Of a stretch of DNA of 64,000 bases, positions 58,411 through 64,000 are shown piece after piece. The translations under genes were made by a program, and so were the position numbers. The DNA lies in the IMG/VR virus record IMGVR_UViG_3300037507_005588, positions 25,823 through 89,822 of that record; one strand, given 5' to 3'. How positions within the stretch are numbered: position 1 is the stretch's first letter; the number at the start of each line of letters is the position of its first letter. This stretch comes from a virus. The notes under the pieces were generated by a model. It was not told the origin of the DNA, did no database searches, and saw only the letters and a program-made list of their open reading frames with translations.

Positions 58411-61400
58411 GTGAGTCTTTGTAAAAAACTTGTAATCAAAAACATATCTACTGTTGTTAGGGTTATCTCATACACTCGATGTTCGGATGGTTTGGTAATT
58501 TACAATTATCAAATTCCTGCAGGTGCTACAAGGACAATTTATTATAGAATATATTCTTATAGTACCGCATCTCCTCAAAGTTTTCAAATTTTATCGTTAG
58601 AAGATTGGCCGCCAGATTCAACACCAACACCAACACCCACGATAACTCCTACGGTGACTCCTACGGTGAGTATTACTCCTACTAATACTGCTTCACCAAG
58701 TCCAACGAGAACGAGTACTCAAACACCTACACAGACCTCCAGTGGGACTGCAACGCCAACACCTACACCAACCGTAAGTCCAACTCAAACTCCAACTAAC
58801 ACACCTACACCTTCAATTACTCTGTCGGCAACAAATTCACCAACACCGACAAATACAAATACTCCAACTCAAACGTCAACTCAAACACCTACGAGTAGCG
58901 TTACTCCATCAAATACGCCAACGCCAACAATAACTGAATCACCAACAGCAACACCAGGTGAAACTCCAACTCAAACTCCCACAAATACTGCATCTAATTC
59001 TCCTACACCAACAAATACGGATACTCCGACCCAAACTCCATCCCAAACACCAACATCGACGGTCACTAGTACTCCTACGGTAAGTATTACATCATCTCCA
59101 ACAGCAAGTAATACCCCAACTAATACTCCTACAAATACTGTTACCGCAAGTAATACTGTTACACCAACACAAACAGAAACTCCAAGTCCAACACCCGGAG
59201 AATCTCAGACTCCGACACCATCGGTAACCCCAACAATTACCTTGTCTCCAACAAATAGTGGTACACCGACTACAACACCAACCAACACATTCACACCAAC
59301 TCCTTCGATAACATCATCACCTACGGAAACTCCAAGTCCAACACCTGGAGAAACACCATCTCCGACCGCTTCGATTACACCTACAAATACGCCGACACAG
59401 ACCTCAACAACAACACCAACTAATACTCCATCAAACACTGGAACTCCGACTAACACGCCGAGTCCTACTGTGACTGATACCCCAACCCCAACTCCTGGAG
59501 AATCTGCAACTCCAACTCCGACTCAAACAGGAACACCAACAAATACTCCAAGTAACACGGCATCTCAAACTCCAACACAGACTGAAACACCAACAAATAC
59601 TCCAAGTAATACAGCGTCTCAGACTGCAACACAAACACCAACGCAAACTGAAACACCAACAAATACTCCAAGTAATACAGCGTCTCAGACTGCAACACAA
59701 ACACCAACGCAAACTGAAACGCCAACCAATACTCCAAGTAATACCGCGTCTCAGACTCCATCTCAAACACCTACTCAGACCGGTACACCAACAAACACTC
59801 CGAGCAACACGGCATCTCAAACTCCATCTCAAACGCCAACTCAGACTGGTACACCAACCAACACGCCAAGTAACACAGCTTCTCAGACTGCAACACAAAC
59901 ACCAACTCCAACTGAAACACCAACAAATACTCCAAGTAATACAGCTTCCCAAACTCCGACTCAGACTGGTACACCAACAAATACTCCAAGTAATACAGCA
60001 TCTCAGACTCCATCTCAAACGCCAACTCAGACCGGTACACCAACAAACACTCCGAGCAACACGGCATCTCAAACTCCATCTCAAACGCCAACTCAGACTG
60101 GTACACCAACCAACACGCCAAGTAACACAGCTTCTCAGACTGCAACACAAACACCAACTCCAACTGAAACACCAACAAATACTCCAAGTAATACAGCTTC
60201 CCAAACTCCGACTCAGACTGAAACACCAACAAATACGCCAAGTAACACGGCTTCTCAGACTGCAACACAAACGCCAACTCAAACCGGCACACCAACAAAT
60301 ACTCCAAGTAACACGGCTTCTGAGACCCCAACTCCGACACCGACACAGACTCCAACCCCGACACAAACATACACTCCTACCCCAAGTTTAACAGCATCAG
60401 TCACTCCAACAGAAACTCCGACTCAAACACCCGAACCAACTTATTGGTCAATTAATGAATTGACAAATTGTTGTACTGGAGAACGATATAATCCTGGGGT
60501 TCTTGTTAGTTTATCTTCGACAGCACCTCAAAATGGTGACACAATTTCTGTGAATGCCGATGGTACAGGAATCAAGTGTTGGACAATCACGAGTGAGGTC
60601 ACACCAATATCACCAGAATCTGGAGAATATATCATAACTAATTATGGTCCTGAGAACTGTGAAATTTGTGTGTTGACATACCCATGTCCTTCACCAACTC
60701 CTACTCCAACTCAGACACAGACTCCAACACAAACTCAAGCGGAATTGGTTTATATCTTGGAAGAATGTCCAGGTGGTGGTGATGTAATATATGCTAACTT
60801 TATAAATGCCGGAGCACCTAATAACGACGTAGTTTATATTAATTTCGATGGAGGAAGTGGTTGTTATATAGTCGTAGAAGGACCAATTTTAGCACCAGCT
60901 GATGTATATGTACTTAGTAAAACTGACCAAACTGCTTGTAATACTTGTAATGTGTCTCCAACTCCAACACCTACTCAGACAAGAACACCAGCGGCAACCC
61001 CAACGGTGACCCCGACTAAAACTCCAACTTCAACCCCAACAAGGACTCCAACTGGAACACCTACAACAACACCTACACCTACGAAGACCAAGACACCAAC
61101 TCCAACTAAGACTAAAACACCAACTCCAACGCCGACTCCGACTGGTCCTTGTAGTTGTAGTGGTCAACTTCCTTGTCTTGGACCAACAAGTGGGTATGAT
61201 TTCACCATAAAAGAAGTGATTGGTGGTACTACGTCAACTGCTTTGTGGCAGAATATTTCTGAATGGGAAACATGGCTTGGTTGGAAATCATGGAGTTTTG
61301 GTGGTGGTGAACCTTGTACTAGTAATCCTGGTAGTGTTCAGCCGATTAGTCAGAATAAACCAAATACAAATACTGGTAATGGAGTTGAAAAAACCACCTC

Positions 61401-61794
61401 AGTAAATGACTATTTCACAAGGTGTTATCTTGTTGTTGTTGGGTTTAGATATGTACAATCAGGTGCCACCCCAAGTAGTAATATAAGACTTTCAGTTGGT
61501 AATGGTTATGGAGATTGTAGTTATGGAGTATTTGATATTCCAAACCCAATTAGTGGTACATATTATTCATTCCAATGTCAGATACCTAACATGACTGCGC
61601 CTAATCTTGTAATCGGACTATATACACCTGTTTACAGTCCATATAATTCATGTTTTTCACCTGGTTCATTATCCTGTTGTTATACAACCGCTCAAGGTTC
61701 CACGAACTATGTTTGTCCTGCTGGTCTATGTTCAAGTTCAACTGGTTGTGACCCGTATTGGCAAGGTTCTTGTCCTTTAGGTGATGGGTGTTGA
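58411..61794 (+). CDS. Mucin-like Thr/Pro/Ser-rich virion protein with Cys-rich domains
   Basis: ~600-aa TPT tract; TATTTATA 58385-58392; adjacent to capsid gene. Confidence 0.75.
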   Translation: MSLCKKLVIKNISTVVRVISYTRCSDGLVIYNYQIPAGATRTIYYRIYSYSTASPQSFQILSLEDWPPDSTPTPTPTITPTVTPTVSITPTNTASPSPTRTSTQTPTQTSSGTATPTPTPTVSPTQTPTNTPTPSITLSATNSPTPTNTNTPTQTSTQTPTSSVTPSNTPTPTITESPTATPGETPTQTPTNTASNSPTPTNTDTPTQTPSQTPTSTVTSTPTVSITSSPTASNTPTNTPTNTVTASNTVTPTQTETPSPTPGESQTPTPSVTPTITLSPTNSGTPTTTPTNTFTPTPSITSSPTETPSPTPGETPSPTASITPTNTPTQTSTTTPTNTPSNTGTPTNTPSPTVTDTPTPTPGESATPTPTQTGTPTNTPSNTASQTPTQTETPTNTPSNTASQTATQTPTQTETPTNTPSNTASQTATQTPTQTETPTNTPSNTASQTPSQTPTQTGTPTNTPSNTASQTPSQTPTQTGTPTNTPSNTASQTATQTPTPTETPTNTPSNTASQTPTQTGTPTNTPSNTASQTPSQTPTQTGTPTNTPSNTASQTPSQTPTQTGTPTNTPSNTASQTATQTPTPTETPTNTPSNTASQTPTQTETPTNTPSNTASQTATQTPTQTGTPTNTPSNTASETPTPTPTQTPTPTQTYTPTPSLTASVTPTETPTQTPEPTYWSINELTNCCTGERYNPGVLVSLSSTAPQNGDTISVNADGTGIKCWTITSEVTPISPESGEYIITNYGPENCEICVLTYPCPSPTPTPTQTQTPTQTQAELVYILEECPGGGDVIYANFINAGAPNNDVVYINFDGGSGCYIVVEGPILAPADVYVLSKTDQTACNTCNVSPTPTPTQTRTPAATPTVTPTKTPTSTPTRTPTGTPTTTPTPTKTKTPTPTKTKTPTPTPTPTGPCSCSGQLPCLGPTSGYDFTIKEVIGGTTSTALWQNISEWETWLGWKSWSFGGGEPCTSNPGSVQPISQNKPNTNTGNGVEKTTSVNDYFTRCYLVVVGFRYVQSGATPSSNIRLSVGNGYGDCSYGVFDIPNPISGTYYSFQCQIPNMTAPNLVIGLYTPVYSPYNSCFSPGSLSCCYTTAQGSTNYVCPAGLCSSSTGCDPYWQGSCPLGDGC
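59521..60330 (+). repeat. Coding tandem repeat TQT(E/G)[13 protein letters not shown](P/A), with a 252-bp higher-order duplication
   Basis: Block starting 59749 recurs nearly identically at 60001. Confidence 0.8.
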
Positions 61795-61818
61795 GGTGGT
61801 AATATATTTTATTTGTTT

Positions 61819-62178
61819 ATGAAAAAATTTTGGAATTTTATAAAAAAACTTTTGGGTCTAAAGTCAAAGATAACCACTACAACTACTACCCGTTGGGTGG
61901 TACATCCACAACCTACACCACCTACTTTAGATAAAGTATACCCACACAATGTAAATGGTGTTGAAGAGGATTTGGGTAAGATTTGTAGTACAGGAGTTTT
62001 AACAATTTATTCCGATTGTGAAAATCTCAGTATGGGTTGTTTCGTCTGTGCGGATTCACAGGCGAATGACTTTACAACTTTAGCAGGAAAGTATTTCCAC
62101 GATTATTCTGATGACGTAGTTTATTACGTCCAAGAGGTCGACGGAATGATTTTCAATGTAGGAAGTTGTAACCTATAA
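61819..62178 (+). CDS. Hypothetical Cys-containing protein
   Basis: ORF with TATTTAT-like motif upstream. Confidence 0.5.
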   Translation: MKKFWNFIKKLLGLKSKITTTTTTRWVVHPQPTPPTLDKVYPHNVNGVEEDLGKICSTGVLTIYSDCENLSMGCFVCADSQANDFTTLAGKYFHDYSDDVVYYVQEVDGMIFNVGSCNL

Positions 62179-62385
62179 TTTCCGAATAAGTCGGGAGACC
62201 ATCTCACTTTCAAGTAAATTCAAACACCCCCTACGATGCGCTGATACTAAAGCCAAAGTGGTAATATACTTTACCTGTTCGGGTGAAAGATTGTCTAAAA
62301 GAGTATTTATTTCGTCTTCGTTAGTAAATTGTATTGTGTCGAATAATTCTCCGATAATATCTTCGTTTTTTTCTGTATTTTCCAT
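62173..62385 (-). CDS. Hypothetical protein
   Basis: LFDTIQF...LNLLESEMVS. Confidence 0.55.
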   Translation of the reverse strand: MENTEKNEDIIGELFDTIQFTNEDEINTLLDNLSPEQVKYITTLALVSAHRRGCLNLLESEMVSRLIRKL

Positions 62386-62445
62386 AACAATTCAAATGGT
62401 GTTAGTATTTATTGCAAGTATCGTAAAAATCACGAAAAAAACAAC

Positions 62446-63000
62446 ATGCAAAACAATTTGAAAGAAGATTTGGCGGTTTGGTTTGGAACTAAAAAGAAAC
62501 CAAAAGGTAGTTCACAACCCAAGGGTCCATGGGTAAATATATGTTCCAAAGACAAAGATGGAAAACACCCACCGTGTGGACGGAAAGAAGCCGATTCTAA
62601 ATCTTATCCAAAATGTAGAGCGGCAGGTGTTGCAGGAAAAATGAGTGATTCTGAAAAAAAAGCGGCTTGTAGACAAAAAAGAGCTGCTGAAAAGAAAGAT
62701 ACTCAAACAGGTAAAGGACAAAAACCTGTAATGACATCATATAAACCAAAAAAGAAAACTAATGAAGGAATGCGACAAATTATTAAGTCCATCCTCCGCG
62801 AAAGAATTGAAAGAAATGACATGTTAGAACTTGGTAAATTAGTTGAGATGGAGCACTCATCGGACCCAAAAGTGGCAATCGAAATTGCTACCGACCATCT
62901 ACAACAAAATCCAAGGTATTACTGTGTTTTATACCGTATCGGTTTAATTGACGAAGAGGATGCAGTAAAATTAGCCGAAAGTATTTGCCCCTCAATCTAA
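62446..63000 (+). CDS. Basic Cys-motif domain fused to DUF5661-like domain
   Basis: EDLAVWF..WVNIC..PCGR..YPKCR; G..VEMEH..D..VAIEIATDHL...PRYY. Confidence 0.6.
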   Translation: MQNNLKEDLAVWFGTKKKPKGSSQPKGPWVNICSKDKDGKHPPCGRKEADSKSYPKCRAAGVAGKMSDSEKKAACRQKRAAEKKDTQTGKGQKPVMTSYKPKKKTNEGMRQIIKSILRERIERNDMLELGKLVEMEHSSDPKVAIEIATDHLQQNPRYYCVLYRIGLIDEEDAVKLAESICPSI

Positions 63001-63399
63001 ACTATGGGCAATAGTCTTCAAGGAATGTTTAATATTCTTTGTAATCTCATCCTCCATCTTTTTTCGTTGTAATTCAATTTTATCGTTGAATAAGTTTTGA
63101 ATGGTTTGACGAGTTTTTTCTGAAATTTGTACGGTATATGAGTATTTGTGATTAATCACATTTACCAAACTACCATCGATGACGATGAAAATTCCAAGAA
63201 TATCGTTTTTAATATAACGTTTATTGGAGATTGGTGTCATGAGAAGATTACTATCTTCTCGCAAAATCATTTTATTACAAATCAGTAGACAATCTTTTTC
63301 ATAGACTGAACGATATTGTCTATCGTAGTCCAAATATTTTATAACTTGGATAACGGTTTTTTGTAGGAACCTACGAAAAAGGTGTCGAATTGATTTCAT
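62992..63399 (-). CDS. Hypothetical protein
   Basis: Start MKSIRHL with TATATTTG 4 nt upstream. Confidence 0.6.
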   Translation of the reverse strand: MKSIRHLFRRFLQKTVIQVIKYLDYDRQYRSVYEKDCLLICNKMILREDSNLLMTPISNKRYIKNDILGIFIVIDGSLVNVINHKYSYTVQISEKTRQTIQNLFNDKIELQRKKMEDEITKNIKHSLKTIAHSLD

Positions 63400-63440
63400 G
63401 GTACAAATATATGAAAAAAAATTATTGTACCAAAAAAAAA

Positions 63441-63917
63441 TTAACAGTAAGCCCCTGAACAATGTTTCTTTCCGTCGAGTCCTGGCATCTTACCTTTACA
63501 GACTTGAACTGCGTAACCGTTGGCATATGCACTTGGATAAACATCGAATTTAGCTTTAGCTGCAGATTTACCTCTTGCACACAATTTAGTACCCGTCTTT
63601 TTTCTACCTTCTTCTAAAGTAGATATTTGAGGATTGTTTTGAAATTCACTATCATCTGAATGTACTTCATTCATCATGAATTCAAAAACGTGGTCCAAAT
63701 TTTCTTTGGATTTGGAAATATGGTCATCGGCCCAATCATGTCCGTTTTGTAAAAAACCTTCAACAACCTCTTTGGGTAAGTCCAACAAAAGTTCTGCTTG
63801 TCTTTTTATTTGTTCTAAATTAGAAAAGAACATGTAGTTTTCAGTTCTTTCTTCTTGTAATGTTTTTTTGATAACCTCGTAAAGTTGAGATTCTGATAGT
63901 TTGATTACTTTTTTCAT
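63441..63917 (-). CDS. Putative head internal protein
   Basis: MKKVIKLSESQL N-terminus; KAKFDVYPSAYANGY. Confidence 0.6.
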   Translation of the reverse strand: MKKVIKLSESQLYEVIKKTLQEERTENYMFFSNLEQIKRQAELLLDLPKEVVEGFLQNGHDWADDHISKSKENLDHVFEFMMNEVHSDDSEFQNNPQISTLEEGRKKTGTKLCARGKSAAKAKFDVYPSAYANGYAVQVCKGKMPGLDGKKHCSGAYC

Positions 63918-64000
63918 TTTTTGTTAACTATTTCAAAAGTTAGTTGTCTTTGATAAGTATCTTTCTCTCCACTTGTATTCACTTGGATATCAACATAATA

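Noticed and set aside
59521-60330. Tandem repeat as a CRISPR array
   Set aside because: Units are contiguous with synonymous variation and have no unique spacers.
59205-60370. Long antisense ORFs in the Thr/Pro repeat (also 44171-44500)
   Set aside because: Shadow frames of ACN/CCN repeats; no independent start signals.

Overview
AT-rich segment of a large T4-like (jumbo) tailed phage, most likely infecting Bacteroidota. The host call rests on TAnnTTTG/-33 TTTG promoters, a Bacteroidota-type bS21 and a GE-starting tmRNA tag. The right third is the head module: terminase, portal, bS21 (antisense), prohead protease, scaffold, major capsid and Thr/Pro-rich virion proteins. The left two thirds hold 24 canonical tRNAs, two atypical tRNA-like RNAs, tmRNA, ClpP, a ClpC-like ATPase with a UVR-domain partner, six 2OG-Fe(II) oxygenases, glycosyltransferases and four sulfotransferases. 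Four signals read directly from the sequence stand out. (1) An array of 36-bp repeats and 30-bp unique spacers resembling a type VI-B CRISPR array is at the same time an in-frame protein-coding region (156-920). (2) A leader-peptide attenuator has codons matching the eight downstream tRNAs (20157-20387). (3) There is a miniaturised ~230-nt RNase P RNA (29041-29272). (4) rrn-like boxA elements precede the RNA gene clusters. Family assignments are by motif recognition only; no searches were run.
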